A stretch of DNA of 64,000 nt from an uncultured Anaerolineales bacterium (GTDB lineage: Bacteria > Chloroflexota > Anaerolineae > Anaerolineales > UBA11858): contig CAZRUS010000004.1 of NCBI GenBank assembly GCA_964603385.1, forward strand, positions 66,632 through 130,631, given 5' to 3'. Every line of letters starts with the position of its first letter. Within the stretch, counting starts at the first letter, position 1. Below the pieces are notes generated by a model, which was not told the DNA's origin, made no database searches, and saw nothing but the letters and a program-made list of their open reading frames with translations. Of the stretch, positions 47,604-56,365 are shown one piece after another. The translations under genes were made by a program, and so were the position numbers.

Positions 47604-49745
47604 ATGGCTTTGGAAACGTTTGAAAACCTGGTAGCTGATCCCCCACAGGATCTGGATGATCCTCAGCTGTATGTTAATCGGGAATTGAGCTGGCTGCGAT
47701 TCAATGACCGGGTGCTGGAGGAGGCTAAGGATGAAAGCCATCCGCTCCTGGAGCGGGTGAAATTTCTATCCATCTTCTCTTCCAATCTTGATGAATTCTT
47801 TATGATTCGAGTTTCCGGGTTAAGACGACAGCTGGAAGCTGGTACCCTGGAAACCCCTCCGGATGGGCTGCTGCCGTCCGAGCAGCTGGCCATGATCCGT
47901 CAGCGGCTGCTGCCCAAGCTGGAAGAACAGTACCGGTGCTGGCAGGAGGATTTACTTCCCAAACTCAAAGAAAATAACATCCGGATTTTGCTCTATAAAG
48001 ATCTCAAGAGAAAGCAGCGCAAGCTGCTTCGAAAATATTTTGAGAAAGAGATCTATCCAGCACTTACCCCGCTGGCCTTTGATCCCGGCCATCCTTTCCC
48101 CCATATTTCCAATCTGTCGATGAATCTTGCTGTGGTGGTCTATGATCCCAAGCACGGACAGCGCTTCGCCCGGTTGAAAGTACCCAAGATTTATTCCCGC
48201 TTGATTGCCATCCCCAGCGAGGAGACAGTCGATGAATTCTCCGAGCTGGGCTTGATCCAGCGCAACTCCACCACCTTCGTCTGGTTGGAGGAGGTGGTCA
48301 AGGCCAACCTGGATATGCTCTTTCCCGGGATGGAAATTGAGGCCGCTTACCCCTTCCGGGTCACCCGAGATGCAGATCCAGAAATTGAAGAGGATGAGGC
48401 CTCTGATCTGCTTTCGGCCATCGAGGAAAGCGTCCGGGAGCGTCAATTTGGGTCTGCGATCCGGCTGGAAGTAGATCACACCATGCCCGATCAGGTGCGG
48501 GATATTTTACAAACCAATCTGGATATCGCTTCTTATCAAATATTTGTTGTGGATGGTCCCATCGGTCTGGGCGATACCATGGAGCTGCTGAAGATCAATC
48601 TGCCGGAGATGAAAGACACTCCCTTCAAGGCCTATGTGCCTCCCCGTCTGTCCACTGAAGAGAGCATATTTTCCGTGATCCGGCGGAACAATATCCTGCT
48701 TTACCATCCCTATGACAGCTTTGATCCTGTGGTTTGCTTTATCCGTGAAGCAGCTCGAGACCCCGAAGTGCTGGCCATCAAAATGACCCTTTACCGGGTT
48801 GGTCCCGATTCGCCGATTGTCGCTGCTCTGATGGATGCCCGGGAAAACGGGAAGCAGGTGGCCGTGCTGGTGGAGCTGAAAGCGCGCTTTGATGAGGAAA
48901 ACAATATCGTTTGGGCCCGGTCGCTGGAGAGGGCTGGTGTGCATGTTGTCTACGGACTGGTCGGGTTGAAGACCCATGCCAAGGTCAGTGTGGTTATCCG
49001 CCATGAACAGGAAGGCATCAGACGATATATTCATCTTTCCACTGGAAACTACAATGACGTCACAGCCAAAATTTACGCAGATCTGGGGTATTTCACCTGT
49101 GATCCTGAGCTGGGACAGGATATCTCAGCCTTATTCAACGGTCTGACCGGATACTCCCAGGGGGAAGAGTACCAGAAACTGCTGGTGGCCCCCGGCGCCA
49201 TGCAGGAAGAGATCATCTCCCGGATTGACCGCGAGATTGCCGAGCATGAGGAGGCGGGTGGGGGGTACCTGGCCTTCAAGATGAACTCTCTGGTGGATGA
49301 GGCCTGCATACAGGCTCTCTACCGGGCATCCCGGGTCGGGGTGAAGATTGATCTCCAGGTACGGGGAATCTGCTGTCTGCGGCCCGGAATTCCAGGGATC
49401 AGTGAGAATATCACCGTGACATCGGTGGTGAGTAGATTTTTAGAGCATGCCAGGATCTATTATTTCCGGAATGGGGGGGAGGAAGAGGTTTTGATTGGCA
49501 GTGCTGATTTAATGCCCCGGAATCTTTATCGGCGGGTGGAAACCCTCTTTCCAATTGAGGATCCGACCTTGAAGCAGGCGCTGAAGGAAACCATTCTCAA
49601 GATTCATCTACAGGATAATGTCAAAGCCCGGAAAATGATGCCGGATGGCACCTACCAGCGGGTAACGCCCGCGGAGGGGGAAGAGCCCCTGAACTCCCAG
49701 CAGTGGTTGATTGAAAACCGGGGAATCTGGCATCATTCAGAGTAA
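47604..49745 (+). CDS. ppk: Polyphosphate kinase 1
   Basis: ATG 47604 after SD AGGGGAGGA. LYVNRELSWLRFNDRVLEEA, FLSIFSSNLDEFFMIRV, and PLD-like GLKTHAKVSVV and RFLEHARIYYF. Confidence 0.9.
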   Translation: MALETFENLVADPPQDLDDPQLYVNRELSWLRFNDRVLEEAKDESHPLLERVKFLSIFSSNLDEFFMIRVSGLRRQLEAGTLETPPDGLLPSEQLAMIRQRLLPKLEEQYRCWQEDLLPKLKENNIRILLYKDLKRKQRKLLRKYFEKEIYPALTPLAFDPGHPFPHISNLSMNLAVVVYDPKHGQRFARLKVPKIYSRLIAIPSEETVDEFSELGLIQRNSTTFVWLEEVVKANLDMLFPGMEIEAAYPFRVTRDADPEIEEDEASDLLSAIEESVRERQFGSAIRLEVDHTMPDQVRDILQTNLDIASYQIFVVDGPIGLGDTMELLKINLPEMKDTPFKAYVPPRLSTEESIFSVIRRNNILLYHPYDSFDPVVCFIREAARDPEVLAIKMTLYRVGPDSPIVAALMDARENGKQVAVLVELKARFDEENNIVWARSLERAGVHVVYGLVGLKTHAKVSVVIRHEQEGIRRYIHLSTGNYNDVTAKIYADLGYFTCDPELGQDISALFNGLTGYSQGEEYQKLLVAPGAMQEEIISRIDREIAEHEEAGGGYLAFKMNSLVDEACIQALYRASRVGVKIDLQVRGICCLRPGIPGISENITVTSVVSRFLEHARIYYFRNGGEEEVLIGSADLMPRNLYRRVETLFPIEDPTLKQALKETILKIHLQDNVKARKMMPDGTYQRVTPAEGEEPLNSQQWLIENRGIWHHSE

Positions 49746-49748
49746 GCC

Positions 49749-51179
49749 ATGAAAATAGCCCTGATCAGTGACATCCATGCAAATTTACAGGCACTGGATG
49801 CTGTCCTCCAGCATGCCAGAAGTCAAGGGGTGCAGGCGATCTGGAATGCCGGAGACTCCATTGGCTACGGCGCAAAACCAGATCTGGTGGTCCGACGACT
49901 CCGCGAGGAGGGCGTGGTCAGCGTGCTGGGTAATTTTGACCGCCGGGTGTTGAAATTTGACAGCAAGAAGGATAAATGGCGGCAGACCAAGCGCCCGGAA
50001 AAATTTTTGGCCTTCCAATGGGCCTTTGAAAATCTCTCCCAGGTGAGCAAACAGTACCTGGAGAACCTGCCCCGGGAGCTGACCCTGCAGCTGGGAAAGT
50101 CATCTTTTCTCCTCACGCACGGCAGCCCTGATTCTATAAAAGATGCCCTTGGACCGGATACGCCGGATAAGAAATTAATAAAATTGGCCGGGGACTCAGA
50201 AGCCCAAATCTTCCTTTGCGGACAGTCGCATCGGCCATTTTCCCGGATGGTGAAAAACGGCTGTTTTATCAATCCGGGGAGCGTTGGTCTACAGAGAGAT
50301 GGGGATCCGCGGGCGAGCTATGCCGTGCTGGATCTCCCCGCGGAAATGATGATCGCTCAACCGGAGCGGCAGGTGGACCTTCAGATGCTCCCCCAGCGCG
50401 TGGTCTATGATGTCGAGCAGGCTGCTGAAAACATCCGGGAAGCAGGGCTGCCGGAAGCGTACGCCCAGTGTTTGATACAGGGAAAATCCTTATCCGCGGT
50501 GTTGAGAGAACCGGAAAAATGGCAGATCCCCGGTCCTGATGACGAGAGCTGGTGGGCTGCCCCCTTTAAATCCCTCAAAACCAGGACGATGGAAGAGGAC
50601 CGCAGGCTGGATGAGGTCATTCGGCTGGCAGAGGAATATGGCTGCAATCTCGAGCACATCCAGCAGGCCACCCATCTGGCACTGCGGCTGTATGATGAAC
50701 TGCAGCCGCTTCACCGCCTGGGCCCCGATGAACGCTATTGGCTGCGGTGCGCTGCTTTGCTTCACGATATCGGGAAACCGCAGGGCAATAAAGGGCATCA
50801 TAAAGCGGCCCTGGAGATGATTCTTAATGCCCCGGAACTTCCCTTTCAGGGCCGGGATCGAAAAATCATCGGATTGATCGCCCGCTACCACCGCAGCGCC
50901 TGGCCGAAGCAAAAACATGATCACTTCGTCTCCCTGCCTGCTGTGGATCAACGCAAGGTCACGATCTTATCCTCCATCCTCCGCGTGGCGGACGGTCTTG
51001 ATTCCCCGCGCAGGGGGAATGTCATTGATCTACAAGCCTATTTCTCACCTGAGGAAATTACGATTACAAGCCAGGTCAGGGAACAGGCTAAGAAAGAGCG
51101 GAAACGGGCATTGGGGAAGGGGGAATTAATGGAATTCGCTTTTGGGCGAGATCTGTATATTGAATGGCATCGGGTGTAA
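49749..51179 (+). CDS. Fusion of a calcineurin-like metallophosphoesterase (YfcE/MJ0936-type) with an HD-like domain paralogous to the Ppx/GppA C-terminus
   Basis: MPP motifs ISDIHAN, NAGDSIGYG, LGNFD, LTHGSP, CGQSH. The C-terminal half carries AALLHDIGKPQGNKGHHKAA, LIARYHRS and ILRVADGLD. The start is 4 nt after the ppk stop. Confidence 0.8.
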   Translation: MKIALISDIHANLQALDAVLQHARSQGVQAIWNAGDSIGYGAKPDLVVRRLREEGVVSVLGNFDRRVLKFDSKKDKWRQTKRPEKFLAFQWAFENLSQVSKQYLENLPRELTLQLGKSSFLLTHGSPDSIKDALGPDTPDKKLIKLAGDSEAQIFLCGQSHRPFSRMVKNGCFINPGSVGLQRDGDPRASYAVLDLPAEMMIAQPERQVDLQMLPQRVVYDVEQAAENIREAGLPEAYAQCLIQGKSLSAVLREPEKWQIPGPDDESWWAAPFKSLKTRTMEEDRRLDEVIRLAEEYGCNLEHIQQATHLALRLYDELQPLHRLGPDERYWLRCAALLHDIGKPQGNKGHHKAALEMILNAPELPFQGRDRKIIGLIARYHRSAWPKQKHDHFVSLPAVDQRKVTILSSILRVADGLDSPRRGNVIDLQAYFSPEEITITSQVREQAKKERKRALGKGELMEFAFGRDLYIEWHRV

Positions 51180-51196
51180 AGTGTTCTGGCTGCTAG

Positions 51197-52738
51197 TCAT
51201 TGTGGGGGAGAAAAACTGTCGATAGTGACCAGCTTCTGATAAGCTTCCTGCATCAGCGGAGCGGCGTTGCGCTCAGCCTGCCAGAGCTCCACTGCTGGAT
51301 ACTGATTGGCAATCAGGGTGATCCGCAGCTGATCATCATCCCAGGTGATGATGGCATCGTTAATATTTGCGCTGCGCCCCCGCTCAAGACACTCCGCCAG
51401 CCTTAAAATGGCTGATAATTTAATCAGCTTTTGCTCATCCCGGTCATCAAGCAGGAGTTTGTAGTCAGAGATTTCCGGGGTTCCTTTACGATGATAGCGA
51501 GTGAGCAGGGCGATCAGCGCAATTTCTTTCGGTGTGTATCCGGGCAGCCCGTTGTATTCCAGCAGCGTTTGGGTGTGTTTGTGATGGCTGCTGTAGCCGA
51601 TGATGCGGCCGAGGTCATGGAGCAGGGCTGCCGCATATAGAATTTCCCGTGCTTTGTGATCATATCCGTGCAGGGGAGCCAGCTGTTCGAACAGACGGCC
51701 GGCCAGAAAACGCACATGGCCGGCATGCTGTTTTTCATACTCGTAGTTCCGGGCTAAATTCAGCACACTGAACCGCCTGACACTGGGAATGATCGGCGGG
51801 TCAAGATGGCTCCAGAAGAGCTCAAAAAATACCCCTTCACGTACCCCGTTCACAGAGATACGGACTTCTTCCACCTGCAGCCTTTTCATGACGCTTTGCA
51901 GGACCATTGCCCCGGGAAGGATGATATCAGCCCGGTCGCTGCTTAAGCCGGGGATCTCCTGGCGTTTGTCCAGCGGCAGGTCGCGGAACTGCTGAATGCT
52001 CTCCGCCACCGAGGAGCGTTTGAGGACAAAACCGTGCAGCGTGTAAAGCGGATAGTTCTGCCGCTTGGCCTGAATGCTGGCTAAATTGCGGATCGTACCG
52101 CCCAGACCGACCAGGGGAAGACCGGCTTTTTCCGGTAGCCAGGAGATGCTGTCCAGCTGCTGGTTGATCTCCTCTTCGATCTGCAGATATTCCTGGTCGG
52201 AGACAGGATCCTGGCGGACAAAGCGCTCTGTCAGGGCCAGCGCTCCCAGCTGAACCGAGGCTCCCCGTTGAAAACGCCGTTTCTGGATATCGCTGAGCTG
52301 GACACTGCCCCCGCCGATATCCAGCACGACACCCTTTTTGATGGGAACTTCATTTAACGCCCCCAGGGAATCGTAGTAGGCTTCTTTTTCTCCATCCAGC
52401 ACCTGAATGTCCAGGCCAATGTCTTTTTTTACCCGGGCCAGAAAGGCGGGTCCGTTTGCTGCTTCCCGGACCGCGCTGGTGGCCACAGCTAGAATCTGGC
52501 TGACCTGGGTTCGTTCACAAAAATCGTTAAATAGCCGCAGGGTGGAGAGACCCCGGGCGATCGCCTGGTCGCTTAACCCGGCAGCGGTCATTCCCTTTCG
52601 GAGGCGAACAACCTCTCTGACTTCGTCTTCCAGGCGGTAAGCAAAGCCCAGACGGGTGTTCATGATGATTAACCGGTTGGTGTTTGACCCCAGATCAATG
52701 ACGGCGATGCGCTGCGATGATCGATTTTTCATAATCAC
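51197..52738 (-). CDS. ppx: Exopolyphosphatase / pppGpp phosphohydrolase family (Ppx/GppA)
   Basis: GTG start. IAVIDLGSNTNRL and VLDIGGGSVQL (ASKHA fold). C-terminal HD-like AALLHDLGRIIGYSSHHKH, LLTRYHRK, ILRLAECLE. Confidence 0.9.
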   Translation of the reverse strand: MIMKNRSSQRIAVIDLGSNTNRLIIMNTRLGFAYRLEDEVREVVRLRKGMTAAGLSDQAIARGLSTLRLFNDFCERTQVSQILAVATSAVREAANGPAFLARVKKDIGLDIQVLDGEKEAYYDSLGALNEVPIKKGVVLDIGGGSVQLSDIQKRRFQRGASVQLGALALTERFVRQDPVSDQEYLQIEEEINQQLDSISWLPEKAGLPLVGLGGTIRNLASIQAKRQNYPLYTLHGFVLKRSSVAESIQQFRDLPLDKRQEIPGLSSDRADIILPGAMVLQSVMKRLQVEEVRISVNGVREGVFFELFWSHLDPPIIPSVRRFSVLNLARNYEYEKQHAGHVRFLAGRLFEQLAPLHGYDHKAREILYAAALLHDLGRIIGYSSHHKHTQTLLEYNGLPGYTPKEIALIALLTRYHRKGTPEISDYKLLLDDRDEQKLIKLSAILRLAECLERGRSANINDAIITWDDDQLRITLIANQYPAVELWQAERNAAPLMQEAYQKLVTIDSFSPPQ

Positions 52739-53212
52739 AATATCCGCTCACGATCGATAATGCTGCCCAGACATCCGGGCCCCGACCAGCTGGCTAGATG
52801 CGGGAAAGGCAGCCTTGAGGATTGTAAGGTATCTGCTCCAGCTGGTCAATCAATCACCTCCCGGTATTCTGATTCTACCTGCTGCGCATGGATCGGAAAA
52901 CTTCCATTCTGGGCGCAACAGAATGACCTGATTTGCCCCTCTGTATCCGGATATTTCCCCAAAAATCATCCGACGGCAGGAGGTCTGTTTGTCTGCCGAC
53001 CTTATCTGACCCAGGAGAGTATGATAGACCGGTCAGGAAGTAAAAAAGACTCTCAGGGATGAGATGGATTCGCCGGAACTCTCCAACCAGGTCAGATTTT
53101 CCGGAGGAAGCCAGAGCTCAGTCTTTGCCGGGATTTCAGCCAGCCGAGGAACCGTTTCCTTGGAAATCAATTACAATGGTGGAAAGCCGAGCTGCGCAAG
53201 ACGGGGAGGTGT

Positions 53213-54202
53213 ATGAACCAGGAAGAGCACGCTGCGGGATCGACGAAAAAATTTTTCCGGGAAGGCAGATCTGTATCAGGATATACCCTGGCTGATTTCC
53301 TGCACGGCTATCTCTATGCCTGCTGGCCGTACCTCTATATCGGGGTGGCCACCGGGGAGCATTCCCTGGCCAGATTTTTGAAACCGCTTTTTAACTTTGT
53401 TTCCGGTTTGTTCTTCCCCAAAAATGAGCAGCAGAAAGAGCCCGGGATAGCTTTTGCAGACACCTATCACGGCAAAGTCATCCCTGTTGAGGAGGCTGAA
53501 AAGCTGGTATCCATAAAGGAGGATATTGCGGTTAAAAATCTGGAGGCGGTGATTCCCTACCAACGAGCAAAAGACATCATCCTGAAAAACCCCCAGCGAA
53601 TCGCCGTGCTGGATTGTCCCTGTCGATGCTCTCGAGAAGACCCCTGCACCCCTGTGGATGTTTGTCTGATTGTTGGGGAGCCGTTCGTTGGTTTTATCCT
53701 GGAACATCAGCCGGAGAGATCGAGATTGATCAGTTCGGAAGAGGCCGTGCAAATCCTCCGGGAAGAACATCAGCGGGGTCATGTCTCGCATGCCTTTTTC
53801 AAGGATGCCATGCTGGATCGGTTTTATGCTATCTGCAACTGCTGTGCCTGCTGCTGTGGCGCTTTCCAGGCACACCGGAGTGGGACGCCAATGCTGGCTT
53901 CATCGGGATATTTGAGCAGGATCCGCAGTGAAATCTGCTGCGGCTGTGGAACCTGTGTGGAGGTCTGCCAGTTTTTTGCCATAGAAAGAATTAATGGTGT
54001 GGCGGTGGTCGATGAGCGAGAGTGTTTTGGCTGCGGCGTTTGTGTGGACCAATGCCCGGAGGGCGCCATAGAACTGGTCAGGGCTCCCGAAAAGGGGCGC
54101 CCGCTGGAAATCTGGGATTTGATGGGCAGGGAAGAACAGGCAGGCGACCAGCTGCAGGGCAGGGAAGATAGCAGGGATTCTGCTGCTGGAAGCCCGGCTT
54201 GA
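53213..54202 (+). CDS. Cys-rich iron-sulfur protein with a C-terminal 2x[4Fe-4S] ferredoxin domain; function unknown
   Basis: SD GGAGG. VLDCPCRCSREDPCTPVDVC, AICNCCACCCGAF, then CCGCGTCVEVCQ and CFGCGVCVDQCP. Confidence 0.75.
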   Translation: MNQEEHAAGSTKKFFREGRSVSGYTLADFLHGYLYACWPYLYIGVATGEHSLARFLKPLFNFVSGLFFPKNEQQKEPGIAFADTYHGKVIPVEEAEKLVSIKEDIAVKNLEAVIPYQRAKDIILKNPQRIAVLDCPCRCSREDPCTPVDVCLIVGEPFVGFILEHQPERSRLISSEEAVQILREEHQRGHVSHAFFKDAMLDRFYAICNCCACCCGAFQAHRSGTPMLASSGYLSRIRSEICCGCGTCVEVCQFFAIERINGVAVVDERECFGCGVCVDQCPEGAIELVRAPEKGRPLEIWDLMGREEQAGDQLQGREDSRDSAAGSPA

Positions 54203-54212
54203 GCGCGGCTAT

Positions 54213-54695
54213 CTATGTGTGGACGGGAATGATCTCTCCCTGGCTGGCCTCAACCAGCACCTGGGGAGGGATGCTGAATACGGTGTGGGGGGAACCGGCA
54301 GCAGCCCAGATGGACTCATACTGGAGCAGGTCCTCATCAAGAAAGGTTTTTATCGGGGTGAGGTGGCCCAAAGGGGAGACCCCACCAATCGCAAATCCGG
54401 TAGTTTCTCTGACATAATCGGGTGTGGCAAACTCGATTTCTTCCCCCAGAATGCTCCCCACCAGGTCTTCGTCGACACGGTTGGCACCGCTGGCCATCAC
54501 CAGGATGGGCTGATCTGAGTCCGATGTCCGAAAAACCAGTGATTTAACGATTTGTCCCACATCACAACCGACCGCCTCAGCGGCTTCGATCGCCGTCCGG
54601 GTGCTGCTGGGCAGATCAATGACTTCGCTGGGTAAGTCCATGGACTCCAGCGCGTCAATCACTCTTTGAACGCTGTTTGTGGCTGATGTCATCAT
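54213..54695 (-). CDS. YbaK/ProX-type aminoacyl-tRNA editing (deacylase) domain protein
   Basis: 160 aa. KSLVFRT, TTGFAIGGVSPLGH ... IWAAAGSPHTVF fits the YbaK/EbsC pattern. Confidence 0.75.
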   Translation of the reverse strand: MMTSATNSVQRVIDALESMDLPSEVIDLPSSTRTAIEAAEAVGCDVGQIVKSLVFRTSDSDQPILVMASGANRVDEDLVGSILGEEIEFATPDYVRETTGFAIGGVSPLGHLTPIKTFLDEDLLQYESIWAAAGSPHTVFSIPPQVLVEASQGEIIPVHT

Positions 54696-54704
54696 TGGGT
54701 GTCC

Positions 54705-55250
54705 TCACTGCTGGCTGCTGACTAAAATATCCACGTAGAAAGGGTCTCCAAACCGCTGTCCGGAGGGATCGAAGGCCTGCCACCAGGAATTATACCGGCC
54801 GGGGTTTTCGGGAGCCATGAAGACGATTTCAATCACCCCCTGACTGCCGCTTCTGGCCGGGGTTAATCCCTGGATCTGGTCTGCTCCCAGAGCCAACCCG
54901 GAGATCAGGCCCATGCGGTAGTGCTCATTCCAGCTGCAGGTACCTGTGTTGGTCACCAACCAGCGTTTGCTGAACTGCTCTTCTGGTTTCAGTTCAGTTC
55001 CATCCGGGATGGTCAGATCCTCTTCAAAGCGAAGCTGGTTGCTGCAGTTTGGCGTGGGGGTTGCTGCCGGCCCGCGGTGCTGTGCTGAGGCGGTGTTTGA
55101 TACCAACCCCTCTGTGGGTGGGAGAAAGAAACTTGCAGCTGTTGGGGTGGCAGAGGGGGGGGTTCTCTGACACCCTGTGATCAGGAGTGTCAGGAAAAAG
55201 AAGCCGATGCGCAGCAGGGCTGGAGGGCGATTAATCGTCGGTATCGGCAT
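54705..55250 (-). CDS. Secreted lipoprotein with an NBR1-type Ig-like domain
   Basis: ATG 55250 overlaps the recA 3' end by 20 nt and gives [60 protein letters not shown] matches the N_BRCA1_IG-like pattern. Confidence 0.65.
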   Translation of the reverse strand: MPIPTINRPPALLRIGFFFLTLLITGCQRTPPSATPTAASFFLPPTEGLVSNTASAQHRGPAATPTPNCSNQLRFEEDLTIPDGTELKPEEQFSKRWLVTNTGTCSWNEHYRMGLISGLALGADQIQGLTPARSGSQGVIEIVFMAPENPGRYNSWWQAFDPSGQRFGDPFYVDILVSSQQ

Positions 55251-56289
55251 CACCTTCGTCCATGTCGTCATCGTCATCCATGGACGGAAAAGGGGAGCGG
55301 TCCAGCACCAGCGTGCGGATTTGCTCTTCAATTTCTTCCGCGAGATCAGGGTTTTCACGCAGGAAGTCCTTGGCGTTTTCCCGTCCCTGGGCAATACGCA
55401 TGTCATCGGTATAGTAATAATAGCTTCCGCGTTTATCGATCACACCGAATTCCACCCCAAGGTCCAGGATGTCTCCAAAGCGGGAGATGCCTTCATCGTG
55501 CATGATGTCAAACTCTGCCGTTCGGAAAGGGGGGGCGACTTTGTTCTTCACCACCCGGACCCGGGCCCGGCTGCCGATGATATCTGTCCCCGATTTGATC
55601 GACTGGATGCGGCGGATGTCCAGACGGACAGAGCTGTAAAACTTCAGCGCCCTTCCCCCCGGAGTGGTCTCTGGATTGCCAAAAACAACACCAATTTTCT
55701 CCCGCAGCTGATTGGTAAAGATCAATGCGGTGTTGGTTTGTTTGATGGCGCCGGACAGCTTTCGGAGCGCCTGGGACATCAAGCGGGCCATCAACCCCAT
55801 GTGGGCGTCCCCCATATCCCCCTCAATCTCCGCCCGGGGAACCAGTGCGGCGACGGAGTCAATGACAATCACATCCACTGCTCCGGAGCGGATCAGCGAT
55901 TCGGCAATTTCCAGGGCCTGTTCTCCGGTGTCCGGCTGGGAGATGAGCAGGTTTTCAATGTCCACCCCGGTCATGACCGCGTAGGCCGGATCCAGGGCGT
56001 GCTCCATGTCGATAAAGGCTGCCGTCCCACCCAGCTTCTGTGCTTCGGCGACGATATGCTGGCAGATGGTGGTTTTTCCCGAGGCTTCTGGCCCGTAGAT
56101 CTCTGTCACCCGGCCCCGGGGAATGCCGCCCACGCCCAATGCCAGATCAAGGGACAGCGTGCCGGTAGGAATGGCATCCACCTCCAGGCTTTGTGAATCG
56201 CCGAGCTTCATAATGGCTCCTTCTCCGAAGCGCTTGGTAATGTCTTTCAGGGTTTTTTCTAAGGCTGCCTGTTTGGGATTATCAGCCAT
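55231..56289 (-). CDS. recA: Recombinase RecA
   Basis: Walker [10 protein letters not shown], Walker [51 protein letters not shown], and an acidic C-terminal tail. Confidence 0.95.
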   Translation of the reverse strand: MADNPKQAALEKTLKDITKRFGEGAIMKLGDSQSLEVDAIPTGTLSLDLALGVGGIPRGRVTEIYGPEASGKTTICQHIVAEAQKLGGTAAFIDMEHALDPAYAVMTGVDIENLLISQPDTGEQALEIAESLIRSGAVDVIVIDSVAALVPRAEIEGDMGDAHMGLMARLMSQALRKLSGAIKQTNTALIFTNQLREKIGVVFGNPETTPGGRALKFYSSVRLDIRRIQSIKSGTDIIGSRARVRVVKNKVAPPFRTAEFDIMHDEGISRFGDILDLGVEFGVIDKRGSYYYYTDDMRIAQGRENAKDFLRENPDLAEEIEEQIRTLVLDRSPFPSMDDDDDMDEGDADTDD

Positions 56290-56337
56290 GAGGTCCTCCT
56301 TTGAGTGCTTGATTTGATATCCACCCTTCTATCCCTT

Positions 56338-56365
56338 AGTGTAGCACATATGTTCTACCCGTCAA
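56338..56365 (-). promoter_or_regulatory. recA promoter with an embedded Cheo-type LexA (SOS) box
   Basis: Minus strand reads TTGACG (56365-56360), a 16-nt spacer and TACACT (56343-56338). The spacer contains GAACATATGTGC (56355-56344), one mismatch from the palindrome GAAC-N4-GTTC. SD AAAGGAGG precedes the recA ATG. Confidence 0.6.

Noticed and set aside
55177-56196. 339-aa + strand ORF opposite recA
   Set aside because: The recA frame is unambiguous; this is an antisense shadow ORF.
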